DNA of 63,056 bases, filler included, from Anaerolineae bacterium (GCA_041082215.1; 15 parts of 15 records of this genome joined end to end with filler, not necessarily neighbours in it), one strand, 5' to 3'. Shown: positions 38,254 through 49,638, counted from the first letter of the whole stretch. The notes: generated by a model not told the origin, from the letters alone. A program made the numbers and translations.

Positions 38254-40113
38254 ATGGAGCGTCGCTTGGAAAAACTGGAACGGATACTCCTGCGGGTCCA
38301 GCGCCCCGGCCGGTATGTCGGCGGAGAGGTGAACGCCGTCCATAAAGACTGGGAGGCCACCCCCCTCCGCGTCTGCCTGGCCTTCCCCGACGCCTACGAG
38401 CTGGGGATGTCCAACCTGGGCATCCAGGTCCTCTACGACATCCTCAACCGGATGGAAGGGGTGCTGGCGGAACGGACCTACACTCCCTGGCCCGATATGG
38501 CGTCGGCGATGCGCGGGGCGGGGATCTCCCTCTATAGCCTGGAGTCTTTCCACCCCCTCGCGGACTTCGACATCCTGGGTTTCAGCCTCCCCTACGAGGT
38601 GCTCTACACCAACCTGCTGGAGATGCTGGACCTGGCGGGGTTGCCCCTGCTGAGCGCGGAGCGGGACGGTCGGCATCCGCTGGTCATTGCCGGGGGGCAC
38701 GCCACCTTCAATCCGGAGCCGGTGGCCGATTTTGTGGACGCCTTCGTCATCGGCGACGGGGAGGAGGCGATCATCGAGGTGGTGGAGGCGTACCGGCGGA
38801 CCCGCAGCGCGGACCGGGAGACGCAACTGCGGGCGCTGGCGCAGGTGCCGGGGGTCTATGTGCCCCGCTTCTACGACGTGGCCTACAATCCGGATGGCAC
38901 GGTGGCGCAGGTGACGCCCAACCGGCCCGAGGCTGCCTCTCCCGTCCGACGGCGGATCGTCCCGGTCCTCCCGCCACCCCCCACCCGCCAGCTCGTCCCC
39001 AACATCTCCGTGGCCCACGACCGGGGAGTGGTCGAGATCCAGCGGGGATGCGGCCGGGGCTGCCGTTTCTGTCATGCCGGGATGGTCACCCGACCGGTGC
39101 GGGAACGGCCCCTGGAGGAGGTCCTGGAGGCCGTGGAGGGCATCCTGGCCGGGACCGGCTACGAAGAGATCGCCCTGCTCTCCCTCTCCTCCGCCGACTA
39201 CTCCCACATCGGCGAGCTGGTGAAAGCGCTGGTGGAACGGTACGGCGACCGCCATCTCTCTATCTCCCTGCCCAGCCTGCGCATCGAGTCCTTCTCTGTG
39301 GAGCTGGCGGATGGGGTGAGCCGGGGGCGGCGTACCGGCTTCACGTTTGCCCCGGAGGCCGGCACCGAACGGTTGCGCTCCGTCATCAACAAGCCGATCC
39401 CCACCGACCAGATGGTAGAGGTGGCACGGGAGGTCTTTGTCCGGGGCTGGCGGACGATCAAGCTGTATTTTATGATCGGCCTGCCCGGGGAGCGGGAGGA
39501 GGACGTGGCGGCCATCGCCGATCTGGTCCGGGCGGTGCGGACGGAGGGCCGCCGGGTCCACGGGCGGAAGGCGCAGGTGAACGTGAGCGTGAGCACCTTT
39601 GTCCCCAAGCCCCACACCCCCTTCCAGTGGGCCCCCCTGCTCCCCCTGGAGGCGATCCGGGCCAGGCAGCAGCTCCTGCAGGAAAGGCTGCGGGGCGGAG
39701 GGGTGAAAGTGAGCTGGAACGACCCCCGTATGACGCTCTTGGAGGCGGTCCTCTCCCGTGGGGACCGACGGCTGGGGAGGGTGATCCGGCGGGCCTGGGA
39801 GCATGGCGCCCGCTTCGACGGCTGGGACGAGTGGTTCGACTGGGGAGCCTGGTCGGCGGCGTTCGCCCAGGAGGGGCTGGACCCCGCCTTCTATGCCCAT
39901 CGGGAGCGGGGGCGGGAGGAGACGCTGCCGTGGGACCACATCGCCACGGGGGTGCGCAGGGCATATCTCTGGCGGGAGTGGGAGCTGAGCCAGGAAGCCC
40001 GGACGCGGCCCGACTGCCGCGCTCAGTGCGCTGGCTGCGGCATTATGGCTGCCTTCGGCGAACTGTGGGCGCCGGAGTGGGTCTGCCCGCCTGCAAATGC
40101 AGAGACGGGGTGA
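38254..40113 (+). CDS. TIGR03960-family B12-binding radical SAM protein
   Basis: PGRYVGGE, FPDAYELGMS, RGCGRGCRFC, APEAGTERLR, PKPHTPFQW. Confidence 0.88.
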   Translation: MERRLEKLERILLRVQRPGRYVGGEVNAVHKDWEATPLRVCLAFPDAYELGMSNLGIQVLYDILNRMEGVLAERTYTPWPDMASAMRGAGISLYSLESFHPLADFDILGFSLPYEVLYTNLLEMLDLAGLPLLSAERDGRHPLVIAGGHATFNPEPVADFVDAFVIGDGEEAIIEVVEAYRRTRSADRETQLRALAQVPGVYVPRFYDVAYNPDGTVAQVTPNRPEAASPVRRRIVPVLPPPPTRQLVPNISVAHDRGVVEIQRGCGRGCRFCHAGMVTRPVRERPLEEVLEAVEGILAGTGYEEIALLSLSSADYSHIGELVKALVERYGDRHLSISLPSLRIESFSVELADGVSRGRRTGFTFAPEAGTERLRSVINKPIPTDQMVEVAREVFVRGWRTIKLYFMIGLPGEREEDVAAIADLVRAVRTEGRRVHGRKAQVNVSVSTFVPKPHTPFQWAPLLPLEAIRARQQLLQERLRGGGVKVSWNDPRMTLLEAVLSRGDRRLGRVIRRAWEHGARFDGWDEWFDWGAWSAAFAQEGLDPAFYAHRERGREETLPWDHIATGVRRAYLWREWELSQEARTRPDCRAQCAGCGIMAAFGELWAPEWVCPPANAETG

Positions 40114-40150
40114 ATGTTCCCGCGTCTCCGCGTCGCAACAGAGGACGGAT

Positions 40151-40798
40151 GTGAAACAGCGGCTGCGAGTGACCTACAGTGTGGACGGCCCCCTGCGGTA
40201 CGTCTCCCACCTGGAGCAGATGAAGGTATGGGAACGGGCGGCGCGGCGGGCGGGGCTGCCGCTGGCCTATTCCGGCGGCTTCACCCCTCGTCCCCGTATT
40301 CAGGTGGCCGCTGCGTTGCCGGTGGGCTTCGCCGCCGGGGAGGAGCTGCTTGACCTTTGGATGGAGCGGCCGATGGACCCGGAAGAGGTGAGCCGGTCGC
40401 TGGCCGGGGCGCTGCCAGAAGGGATGGCCGTCCTCAGGGTGGAGGAGGCCGACCCGACCGAACCGCCCCTCCCCGCCCGTGTGGAGGCAGCCGAATACCG
40501 GGTCTCTGTGGAGATGGAACGGTCGGCTGAGGAGGTGCGCCGCCGGGTGGACGCGCTGCTGGCTGCTCCCAGCCTCCCCCGCCAGCGGCGTGGCCGCTCC
40601 TACGACCTGCGCCCGTTGATCCGGTTGCTGGAGGTGGAGGAGTCGCCGCCGGGCCAGGTCGTCTTGCGGATGGTGCTGACGGCCCGCGAGGGGGCCACGG
40701 GGCGGCCGGAGGAGGTGCTGGACGCGCTGGGATGGGCAGGGGGATTCTTCCGCATCCAGCGCAGACGGCTGCTGCTTTCCCCTTTGGCAGGGCGTTAG
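40151..40798 (+). CDS. TIGR03936/DUF2344 radical-SAM-associated protein
   Basis: RYVSHL...RAARRAGLPLAYSGGFTPRP. Confidence 0.88.
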   Translation: MKQRLRVTYSVDGPLRYVSHLEQMKVWERAARRAGLPLAYSGGFTPRPRIQVAAALPVGFAAGEELLDLWMERPMDPEEVSRSLAGALPEGMAVLRVEEADPTEPPLPARVEAAEYRVSVEMERSAEEVRRRVDALLAAPSLPRQRRGRSYDLRPLIRLLEVEESPPGQVVLRMVLTAREGATGRPEEVLDALGWAGGFFRIQRRRLLLSPLAGR

Positions 40799-41667
40799 GG
40801 ACGGCGCTCCACCGCGATCACCGACGGCACCGGTACCAGCGAGTCCACCCGGACCCGCGGCTCCCCCACCGAAAGATACAGCCCGGTGGACTGCCCGCCG
40901 TCCAGGTTGAGGGCCACCTCCAGCTCCAGGTCCGACTCCACCAGCCAGCGGGCCAGCCCGGAGAGGGTGAGATACCCCCGGGGGGCAACGAGGAACAGGA
41001 CCCGTCCCGCCCGGTCCTGTGCCACGACGGTGCGGCGGGCCGGACGGCCGTCGTCGGCGTCGGGAGGAAAGCCCAGGACCCCGCCCGGCTTGACCAGGAC
41101 AGGGAAGGACTGGATAGCCTCCAGGAGCATCTCCCCCGGGTCGTAAGGCTGGGTGCCGAGCCACCGCACCTGGACCCGTCCGCCGGGCAGCACGGCGAAC
41201 ATCCCCGCAAAGCCTCCGTAGGTGGAGCCGTAGGCCTGCCCCCCACTGACCAGAAGGCCAGTGGCCTGGTATTCAGGAGTGAAGTACCCGCCGTTGACCG
41301 TCAGCAGGGGCTCCTGTCCTATCTGCTCCTCCAGCGCCGCCATCCATTCCGACACCTTCCGGCCGCTACCAGGTGTGTAGAACACCCGGAAACGGAAGCG
41401 GGAGGGGTCGAGGCGGACGATCACCAGCCGCTCCGTCACGTCGCCGGTGGGGATCAGGATCAGGCGCTGCTCGACGCCCGGTTCCAGGGGCAGCCAGCCG
41501 GTGTCGGCAGGTTCCGGCGTGGGGGTGGGTGGCAGGGTGGGGGTAGGCGTGGGCGTGGGGGGCGGCGCGTTACAGGCCAGCGTCGCTGCAACTGCGGCCA
41601 CGACGGCAAGGAGAACGTAGCGGGATCGGCCCCTCCAGATGGGGGAGAGGTGTGACAGGTGGTTCAT
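40795..41667 (-). CDS. Phosphodiester glycosidase (NAGPA) family lipoprotein
   Basis: Lipobox LAC; VNGGYF; ALNLDGGQST. Confidence 0.85.
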   Translation of the reverse strand: MNHLSHLSPIWRGRSRYVLLAVVAAVAATLACNAPPPTPTPTPTLPPTPTPEPADTGWLPLEPGVEQRLILIPTGDVTERLVIVRLDPSRFRFRVFYTPGSGRKVSEWMAALEEQIGQEPLLTVNGGYFTPEYQATGLLVSGGQAYGSTYGGFAGMFAVLPGGRVQVRWLGTQPYDPGEMLLEAIQSFPVLVKPGGVLGFPPDADDGRPARRTVVAQDRAGRVLFLVAPRGYLTLSGLARWLVESDLELEVALNLDGGQSTGLYLSVGEPRVRVDSLVPVPSVIAVERRP

Positions 41668-41725
41668 AAGCGGTCCCTATGATACTTCAACCTGTCCGGA
41701 GGGGCAAGCTTCTGGTTAGGAGGTG

Positions 41726-41914
41726 TTACCGACGACGCAGGGCGGCATTCCAGGCCGCCCCTGCCAGTGGAACCACGCCTCCGGCTAGGAGGAGGACGAC
41801 CCATCCACTGCCCGCCGGGGAGCTTTCCCCCGCCGAGAGCAGGATGGCGACCACCACCACCGCGATCGCCGCGCCGGAGAGCAGGTATCCGGGGAAAGAG
41901 GGGTTGATCCTCAC
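41726..41914 (-). CDS. Small membrane protein
   Basis: Two hydrophobic helices. Confidence 0.45.
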   Translation of the reverse strand: MRINPSFPGYLLSGAAIAVVVVAILLSAGESSPAGSGWVVLLLAGGVVPLAGAAWNAALRRR

Positions 41915-41924
41915 CGCTTTGCTC

Positions 41925-42266
41925 CTATCGCCCCCCGCCGTTGCCCAGCACCAGGCCGAGCCACCCGATGGCCAGGCAGGCCGGGATCAGCCCCAACAGG
42001 ATGGATGCCAGGCCGCGCCGGGCCACTTCCGGATTCCGCCCCCCGACGGAGAGGCTCACCAGTCCGGTTACGAAGGCGCTTGCCCCGGTGACCACGGGCA
42101 TCCAGAACAGCAGGAAGCTGGCCAGCGCTCCCCGCGGCGTGGTCGGAGAGGGGGGCAGGGAGGGACCGTGGGGGTCGGTCAGGAGCAGCGTCACACCGCC
42201 CCATATGGCGAGGAAAGTGACCACCGCCAGCAACAGGCTCAACCCGCTGATCCTTTGTTCCGCCAT
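41925..42266 (-). CDS. Hypothetical membrane protein
   Basis: SD GGAGGG then MAEQRISG; three TM segments. Confidence 0.55.
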   Translation of the reverse strand: MAEQRISGLSLLLAVVTFLAIWGGVTLLLTDPHGPSLPPSPTTPRGALASFLLFWMPVVTGASAFVTGLVSLSVGGRNPEVARRGLASILLGLIPACLAIGWLGLVLGNGGGR

Positions 42267-42552
42267 CGTACCCTCCGTTGCGGGTAATTGACGGGAGGAA
42301 GCCCGGGCGGGGGTTTCAGGGCGGCTGCGCCTTCCGTCCCTGCCTGCCAGGCCACGCCCACGCCGCCCTGCGCCCGGGCCCGGCGCTGGGTGCGGCCTGG
42401 GGCCCGGTCTGTACCGGCAGATACAGCATAGCACAGAGCAGCGGGGAGTGCTGGACGGGGGGCAACCATCCCCCAGACGGCCAGATGACGAAACCCCGAC
42501 GGCCGTGCGGTGGAAGCTCTACGGGGCCGTCAGGCAGGGGCAGGAGGAGTCC

Positions 42553-43332
42553 TCAGCCTCTCTTACCAGCTCCTGCGGGCAGGTGATCCACAATGAAGTG
42601 ATAGGTCCGTTCCGCCACGAACTCCCATTCTGTGTCCACCGTAATGCAGTGGCCGGAGTTGTGCAGGGTGACCAGCTCCTTGTCCTTCGAACCGGCCCGC
42701 TGGTAAGTGTAGGCGGCACTCCGGGGATGGATGGCCTGGTCGCGGGTGCTGTGGAGGATGAGCAGGGGGCAGGTCACCCGGGGCAGGAGTCGGCGAACCC
42801 TGAGGAGCAGTTTCAGCAGCTCGTGGGCGGCGAAGACAGGATTCTCCTCGTAGCTCCAGAGGCGGAGTTGGGCCTGGGGATCGGTCAGGTCGCTGTCGTC
42901 GGACTTGGGCCGGGTGGGGATCAGGTACTTGAGGAAGGGGGTCAGGTAGATCAGCCGGTCGGCCACGATGACGGCAGGGGAGTAAAGGACCGCACCGGGT
43001 AGCTCCGGATGGTGGGCAGCCAGGTAGAGGGTGAGCAGCGACCCCATCGAGAGCCCGCCCACGAAGACCGTCTCGCAGCGGTCCTTCAGCTCGGCCAGAG
43101 CCTGCTCTGCATGGCCGGTCCAGTCGGTCCATCGGCACCGGTTCATCTCCTCGACGGTCGCTCCGTGGCCGGGCAGGAGCGGCCCGGAGACGGTGAACCC
43201 CTGCCTGTGGAGGTAGTCCCCGATCAGGCGCATCTCCGGCGGGGAGCCGGTGAAACCGTGGATCAGCAGCACGCCGACAGGGCCGCCCTCCAGAAAGAAG
43301 GGGGAAGGGTCCAGATGGGGGTGTCGGGTCAT
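42553..43332 (-). CDS. Carboxylesterase (alpha/beta hydrolase)
   Basis: HGFTGS, GLSMG, D...SGH. Confidence 0.9.
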   Translation of the reverse strand: MTRHPHLDPSPFFLEGGPVGVLLIHGFTGSPPEMRLIGDYLHRQGFTVSGPLLPGHGATVEEMNRCRWTDWTGHAEQALAELKDRCETVFVGGLSMGSLLTLYLAAHHPELPGAVLYSPAVIVADRLIYLTPFLKYLIPTRPKSDDSDLTDPQAQLRLWSYEENPVFAAHELLKLLLRVRRLLPRVTCPLLILHSTRDQAIHPRSAAYTYQRAGSKDKELVTLHNSGHCITVDTEWEFVAERTYHFIVDHLPAGAGKRG

Positions 43333-43937
43333 TTCTCATTCCTCCGTAGATCGCTCTCGCTGGTTGTTGCCGTCAGGAAAGGCTCGCAGCGGAGGAGGGC
43401 CAGGGCACTGTGGCCGTCCACGATCTCGCCGCTGCGGGCCATCCGCAGGGCGCGGGGGATGGGCACGGGATGGACCTCGATGAGCTCTCCCGGCTCCCGA
43501 CAGGGCTCCCCGTCCAGCCGGACGTCGCGGGCCAGGACGATGTGGCAGACCTCATCGAAGAGGCTGACGCCGGAGCGGAAGAAGCCCACGTAGAGCCAGT
43601 CGTCGCTGGAACCGCCCACTTCCTCCTCCAGCTCCCGCCTGGCCAGGGCGATGGCGCTGCCAGAGAAGTCGTGGAAGCCGCCGGCAGGGACCTCCCAGGA
43701 CCAGTCGTCCAGCACATAGCGGAACTGGCGGATGAGGACGATCTGCCGGTCCGCCGTTACCGGCACGACCCAGACCGCGCCGCAGGTCTGGATATAGGTG
43801 TAGGGGCGGACCTGTCCATCCGGCCAGCGCACCCGGTCCTCCCGCACGCGGAACATCCGGTGGGTGAGGGGGTAGGTGGTCTGCAGCCGCTCCCAGCCGA
43901 CGGCGCGGCCGTTGGGCTTATCTTCGGGTGAGTTCAT
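43329..43937 (-). CDS. NUDIX hydrolase
   Basis: WEVPAGG...ARRELEEEVG. Confidence 0.88.
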   Translation of the reverse strand: MNSPEDKPNGRAVGWERLQTTYPLTHRMFRVREDRVRWPDGQVRPYTYIQTCGAVWVVPVTADRQIVLIRQFRYVLDDWSWEVPAGGFHDFSGSAIALARRELEEEVGGSSDDWLYVGFFRSGVSLFDEVCHIVLARDVRLDGEPCREPGELIEVHPVPIPRALRMARSGEIVDGHSALALLRCEPFLTATTSESDLRRNEK

Positions 43938-43948
43938 TCGGTTCCCCT

Positions 43949-45550
43949 CTACCACAACAGCGCCACACCCAGCCACACCGCCAGCGCGACGAAGATCACC
44001 GCCGTCCCCAGTTTGACTGTGGCTGTGTGCCGTTTCAGAAAGAGGCCCAGTTGGAGAGAAGTAGTGCCGAAGTAGGACAGCGCGAAGACCACCACCAGTG
44101 GCAGGATGAAGAGCAGGTTGTAGAGCAACAGATAGCCGATGGCGCGGGCCCGCATCTCGGGGATGCTGACGACGAATACGATCGTCGGCAGGTAGATCTG
44201 TCCGGTGCAGGCCAGCTCCAGCAGCGAAACGAGGAGGCCCGTAAAGAAGGTGGCGGCGATATAGGCTCCTGAGCGCTGTCCCTTACGGACGACGGCCCTC
44301 GCCCGCCTCTTCAGAGCCTCCGGCAGGCTTAAGCTCATCTCCTCAATTTGCCCTCGCCGGGCTTTCAGGAAGTCCAGAAAGCTGAGGACCGCCAGCGCGA
44401 CGCACAGCAGGGCTGTCAGACCGTAGACCCAACGGCCCAGCACGGTCAGCCATCTGCCCAGGAGCTCCAGCATCCTGTAGAAGCCCAACCCTACAGCCAG
44501 GTAGGCCAGGAAAACCCCCAGGGTAAAGGATGTGCCTGCTGCCAGAATCTCCCGTCCCTTCCGGCCGCTGGCGGCGAGGTATGCGATGAAGAAGATCAGC
44601 GTGGCGAAGGCGCACGGGTTCAATCCGTCCACCAGGCCAGCCAGGACCACGGTCAGCGGGCCCAGGGAGCGGAACCGCTCGATCATCCTCTCGACGGCGG
44701 TCCTCCGGTCGAATTCCCCCCAGACTTTGGCTGCCCCCGTCGTCGCATATTTCTCGACCAGGGCCTCCAGGTTCTGGGGGGTGATTTCCGCCTCTCCGAT
44801 CAGCGCGTCGTCGCCGATGAAAAGGGCCGGGGTGTGCAGGTCCCTCCCGCGCCCCGTCCGTTCGGCCAGCCATTCGGCCAGGGGCAGGTTTTCATAGATA
44901 TTGAACTCCTCGATGATCAGTTGGGGATAGCGGCTGCGGATATAGCGGATGTCCGCCTCGGCCCGGCTGCATTCCTGGCATCCGACCTGGTAGAAGTAGG
45001 CGGCCCATATGGGTGCTTCGCTCTCGCAGGCCGCCGGGCTGGCCTGCACGCAGGGCTCGATCTCGGCTGCGCCGCCTTCTATCCCCGGGCCGACCAGCGG
45101 GCTTCCCTGGCCTGTCTGCAGGGCCTCCTCCAGGCCGGGGATCGGGGGCCAGGCCGTCCCGCCAGCAGCCAGACAGCTCTCCAGAAGGCAGGGAAGCTCC
45201 TGCCGGATCTGGTCCTCGCCGATCAGGACCTGATTGTCAATGACCAGCGTCGGCAGCCCTCGCTCCTGGGGGGCGAGGTTGAAAAACTCCTCGGTGCGGA
45301 CCAGCAGCTCGTAATTTGCCGGCTGGCCGATCTCCAGCATCCGCAGGTCCAGCCGGTCCCCATACTGTTCCTGCAGCGGCCGCAGGACTTCCTGTTCGAC
45401 CGTCTGGCAGTGGGGGCAATCCACAGAGTAGAAGTAGAGGATATGGACAACCCCTCCTTGAGGAGGCGGCTCCTGGGCACAGGCCCAGGCCATCGGACCC
45501 AGTATGAGCAGGAGCGCTGTCAGCGCAGCGACTGGTAATCTACGCACCAT
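43949..45550 (-). CDS. Two thioredoxin-like domains plus CcdA-like membrane domain
   Basis: CPHC, CQEC, DGLNPCAF, ELACTGQIY. Confidence 0.8.
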   Translation of the reverse strand: MVRRLPVAALTALLLILGPMAWACAQEPPPQGGVVHILYFYSVDCPHCQTVEQEVLRPLQEQYGDRLDLRMLEIGQPANYELLVRTEEFFNLAPQERGLPTLVIDNQVLIGEDQIRQELPCLLESCLAAGGTAWPPIPGLEEALQTGQGSPLVGPGIEGGAAEIEPCVQASPAACESEAPIWAAYFYQVGCQECSRAEADIRYIRSRYPQLIIEEFNIYENLPLAEWLAERTGRGRDLHTPALFIGDDALIGEAEITPQNLEALVEKYATTGAAKVWGEFDRRTAVERMIERFRSLGPLTVVLAGLVDGLNPCAFATLIFFIAYLAASGRKGREILAAGTSFTLGVFLAYLAVGLGFYRMLELLGRWLTVLGRWVYGLTALLCVALAVLSFLDFLKARRGQIEEMSLSLPEALKRRARAVVRKGQRSGAYIAATFFTGLLVSLLELACTGQIYLPTIVFVVSIPEMRARAIGYLLLYNLLFILPLVVVFALSYFGTTSLQLGLFLKRHTATVKLGTAVIFVALAVWLGVALLW

Positions 45551-45679
45551 CCCGTTTCCCTTCCCTCCAGGGTTTTCTGTCCGCGTCTATTTGTTGCCAG
45601 AGTGAGTAGTTAAAAAGGATACCACAGTTTAAACATAAGCGCCAACGGGCATATCTGAAATGCACCCCGGCGGGCGGAT

Positions 45680-45712
45680 ATTGTTGACAAAAATACTCAA
45701 CTATGTTACAAT
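45680..45712 (+). promoter_or_regulatory. Promoter with overlapping IscR-type operator
   Basis: TTGACA-17 bp-TACAAT; 25-bp dyad ATTGTTGACAAAAATACTCAACTAT at 45680-45704. Confidence 0.7.
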
Positions 45713-45720
45713 GACAGGCA

Positions 45721-46149
45721 ATGAGACTATCTACTCGAAGCCGATACGCAGTACGGGCTATGGTGGACCTGGCCCTCCACGCTGGGGAAGGGCCTGTCCC
45801 CCGGGCGGAGATCGCCCGCAGGCAGGGTATCTCACCAGCCTACATCGCCCAGTTGTTCCGCAGGCTGGAACAGGCCGGGCTGGTCCAGGGCGTGAAGGGG
45901 CCTTCCGGCGGATACCTTCTCAGGCAGCCTCCGGCGAATATCGCTGTGGGTGAAATCGTCCGGGTGGTGGAGGGGCCTATCGCCCTGGTTGGGTGTGTGG
46001 CGCCGGGCGGCGAGAAACGCTGCCCCCGGGCCAGCGGCTGCCTGACCCGCTGCCTCTGGCAGAAGGCGTCAGCGGCTATCGCCGACGTGCTGGATAGCGT
46101 GACCCTTCAGGACGTGTGTGCCCAGGCGACCGGGGTCACTGGTTCTTGA
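45721..46149 (+). CDS. Rrf2-family regulator (IscR/CymR-like, Cys-rich)
   Basis: [29 protein letters not shown], Cx8Cx5C. Confidence 0.9.
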   Translation: MRLSTRSRYAVRAMVDLALHAGEGPVPRAEIARRQGISPAYIAQLFRRLEQAGLVQGVKGPSGGYLLRQPPANIAVGEIVRVVEGPIALVGCVAPGGEKRCPRASGCLTRCLWQKASAAIADVLDSVTLQDVCAQATGVTGS

Positions 46150-46217
46150 GACTGACATATTCGGCGTCTGCAGGGCAACTGCTTGCAGTTGCCCTGCGAG
46201 CCGGTAAGGAGGCATCC

Positions 46218-47177
46218 ATGGCTCGCATCTATAGCGACATCACCAAAACCATCGGCGACACCCCCTTAGTCCGCCTGAACCGCCTCACCGCCGGGCTGGC
46301 CGCGACGGTGCTGGTCAAACTGGAATGTTTCAACCCCCTGGCCAGCGTCAAGGACCGCATCGGCGTCAGTATGATTGAGGCGGCAGAGCGGGAGGGGAAA
46401 ATCGGCCCCGATACCATCCTGATAGAGCCTACCAGCGGCAATACGGGCATCGCCCTGGCCTTCGTCTGCGCGGCGCGGGGCTACCGGCTGGTGCTGACAA
46501 TGCCGGAGACGATGAGCGTGGAGCGGCGCCAGCTCCTGCGCGCGCTGGGAGCCGAACTGATCCTCACCCCCGGCGCGGAGGGGATGAAGGGCGCGGTGCG
46601 AAAAGCCGAGGAACTGGCTGCCCAGGACCACCGCTACCTGCTCCTGAATCAGTTTGGCAACCCGGCAAACCCCGACATCCATCGCCGCACCACCGCGATG
46701 GAAATCTGGCGGGATACCGACGGCGCGGTGGACATCGTGGTGGCCGGAGTCGGCACAGGGGGGACGATTACCGGCGTTTCGGAGGCGCTGAAGCCGCTGA
46801 AGCCCTCGCTGCGGGCGGTGGCGGTGGAACCGGCCGCCTCGCCCGTCCTCTCCGGCGGGCAACCGGGCCGCCACAAAATCCAGGGTATCGGCGCGGGGTT
46901 CATCCCCGAGGTGCTCCGGCTGGACCTGGTGGACGAAATCATCCCGGTGACGGACGACGACGCCATCCGGACGGCCCGGCAGCTGGCCCGGGAGGAGGGC
47001 ATCCTGGTGGGGATTTCCTCCGGCGCGGTGGCCTGGGCAGCATTGCAGGTGGCAGCTCGCCCGGAGAACGCCGGGAAACTGATCGTCGCCATTCTGCCCG
47101 ATACTGGCGAGCGCTATCTCAGCACCGACCTTTTCGCCGACGAGGAGGCTGGCCTGACCGTCGCCGGATGCCTGTAG
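46218..47177 (+). CDS. cysK: Cysteine synthase A
   Basis: [34 protein letters not shown]. Confidence 0.95.
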   Translation: MARIYSDITKTIGDTPLVRLNRLTAGLAATVLVKLECFNPLASVKDRIGVSMIEAAEREGKIGPDTILIEPTSGNTGIALAFVCAARGYRLVLTMPETMSVERRQLLRALGAELILTPGAEGMKGAVRKAEELAAQDHRYLLLNQFGNPANPDIHRRTTAMEIWRDTDGAVDIVVAGVGTGGTITGVSEALKPLKPSLRAVAVEPAASPVLSGGQPGRHKIQGIGAGFIPEVLRLDLVDEIIPVTDDDAIRTARQLAREEGILVGISSGAVAWAALQVAARPENAGKLIVAILPDTGERYLSTDLFADEEAGLTVAGCL

Positions 47178-47242
47178 CGGCCATCCCACCCTCGGCGGTC
47201 CCCCGACGGTGCGGGAGGAGGCCCTTCGGGGAAGAGAAGCCT

Positions 47243-48166
47243 ATGGCTCAACAACTTCAAACCGTAGAGATCCCCATCAAGGGCATGGACTGCGCCGAGT
47301 GCGCCGTGCATGTTCAGCAGGCCATTGCCGGGCTGCCCGGCGTGGAGTCGGCCACCGTGCTGCTGGCGGCGGAAAAGGCCGTCGTCCGGTTTGACCCCGG
47401 GCGGGTAGATTTGTCCGCTATCCGCCGGGCCGTCGCCGCCGCTGGCGACTATTCCGTGCCCGAAACTGCGCCGTCCGCCCGCCCGACCGGCGACCTGAGC
47501 CGCCGCCCACTGACGCTCCTGGGGATCGTGTTCGGTACGGTGCTGGCCGCCGTCGTCGCTGGTGAGTGGTTGGGTTTGTTCCGGGTCATCAACGAACGGG
47601 TACCTCTGCCGGTGGGCATCCTTCTGGTCGCCGCTGGCGGTTGGCCCGTCTTCCGCAACGTGGTCCGCGCGACGCTCCGGGGGCAAATCATTTCCCATAC
47701 GCTGATGACCCTGGGCGTGATCGCCGCCCTGGCGGTGGGCGAATGGGTCACCGCCGCACTCCTCGTCCTCTTTATGCGCATCGGTGACTATGTGGAAAAC
47801 GCCACCACCGCAGGGGCTCGCCAGGCGGTCCGGGAACTGATGGCCCTGGCCCCACAGACCGCCCGGGTAGAGCGCGACGGCGTGGAAGTAGAGGTACCGG
47901 TCACGGAGGTCCGGGTCGGCGAAACGGTGATTATCCGCCCCGGGGAGCGAATCCCGGTGGACGGCGAGGTGATCGCCGGTCAGGCCACGGTGGACCAGGC
48001 GGCCATTACCGGCGAGTCTATGCCGGTGGAGGTGGCTGCCGGCGCGCGCGTGTTCGCCGCCACGATTGCCCAACTGGGCAGTCTGCGGGTGCGGGCGCTG
48101 CGGGTCGGCGCAGATACCACCTTCGGTCGGGTGATCCGGATGGTGGAGGAGGCGGAGACCCACCGG
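47243..48166 (+). CDS. Heavy-metal P1B-type ATPase with HMA domain, 3'-truncated
   Basis: GMDCAEC, PGERIPVDG, TGESMPV. Confidence 0.88.
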
Positions 48167-48266
48167 NNNNNNNNNNNNNNNNNNNNNNNNNNNNNNNNNN
48201 NNNNNNNNNNTTAATTAATTAANNNNNNNNNNNNNNNNNNNNNNNNNNNNNNNNNNNNNNNNNNNN

Positions 48267-49442
48267 GTGTCGGAGGGCATTGTTCAGGGCCTCCTGAGCG
48301 ATGCGGTAGGCGGCCAGTTCCACATCCGGACTGCAACGGCGAATTTCTCCCTCAGTAACCAGGCGGACCGTAGCCTCTGTGGTCTCTGCCGCCTGCCGGA
48401 CCAGCATCTCCAGCGCGGGCAGGAGGCCCAGGTCCTCTATGTAGGGGGGCCGCAGTGCGGCGATCAGCCGCCGGAGTTCCTCTATGACCCGGCGTGCCGC
48501 CTGCTGGAGTTGCTCCAGTTGCGTCCGGGCAGGTTCTACCTCCCCCCGGGCGATGAGGCGGTGAGCCATTTCCGCCTGCTGGGCCAGGGCGATCAGGTCC
48601 TGGACGGGCCCGTCGTGCAGTTCGCGGGCCAGCCGGGCCCGTTCCGCCTCCTGTCCGCTGGTCACGGCGCCCAGGTAGTCCCGGATCCCGGCCTCGTAGC
48701 CGCGCAGGCGGCTCACCATCTCCGCCAGCGCCTGGTGCAGGTCACGAATCTCCTGCACGCCCCCTACGGGTCGGGCGATGGCGGAGTCGTCCCCCCAGGA
48801 AACCTGTTCGGCCGCCTGAGCCAGGGAGCGGAGAGGACGGACAATAGTTGTCCAGCCGAATGTGAGAACCAGAAGGGAAAGGAGCCCTGCCCCCATAGCC
48901 ACCACAGGGGCCAGCGCAGGCAGGCGCAGGATGGGTCCCAGAAGTTCCTCTACCGGCTCTTCCACCACCACCGTCCAGGGCGTTCCTCGGACCGGGGAGA
49001 AGGCGCTCAGTACCCGCCCTTCTTCCCGTTGGGAGAGAATGACCCCCTCCGCACCGGAGAGGGCCGCAGTCCAGTCGGCGACATCGGAGAGGTTGGCACC
49101 GATCAGAGTGGGATCGGAGTGGAAAAGCACATGGGCCCGCTCGTCCATCACGAACAGGCGCGCTGGCTCTGTCCCGCCGCTGAGGATGGGGGGAAGCCAG
49201 ACAGTCAGCTCTCTGCCGTCGGGTCCGATGGTCCCGTGGGCCAGGCCGTCCTCCACGATGCGCGCCGCCAGCCGGGCCAGGGCCAGGTCCCGTTCGGCGA
49301 CGAAATCCCGCATGGCTCGCTGGTGAGCGTAAACTCCGGTGAAGGCGACGGCCAGGAGGGCAAAGGTGAGGGGGAGGACCGCCCAGAGGAACAGTTGGGC
49401 CTGCAGAGTGCGAAACCAGCGACGCACCGGATACTCCTTCAC
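48267..49442 (-). CDS. HisKA_3 sensor histidine kinase, 3'-truncated
   Basis: EAERARLARELHDG, LRPPYIEDLGL, YRIAQEALNNALRH. Confidence 0.9.
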
Positions 49443-49482
49443 TCAATCACAATCCAGCCCCGGCGGATAGCCTCGGTGACCG
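49439..49482 (-). CDS. Response regulator C-terminal fragment
   Basis: VTEAIRRGWIVIE*, same as the end of 15882-16538. Confidence 0.7.
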
Positions 49483-49638
49483 NNNNNNNNNNNNNNNNNN
49501 NNNNNNNNNNNNNNNNNNNNNNNNNNTTAATTAATTAANNNNNNNNNNNNNNNNNNNNNNNNNNNNNNNNNNNNNNNNNNNNCCCGCGCGGCGGGGGAGG
49601 GGAGGGGGTAGGGGGAGGGGTGAGGGCCGCCGGGCCTC

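Noticed and set aside
48714..49482. Duplicated kinase segment as a DGR template/variable pair
   Set aside because: Differences are not adenine-specific, the repeat is too long, and no reverse transcriptase is present
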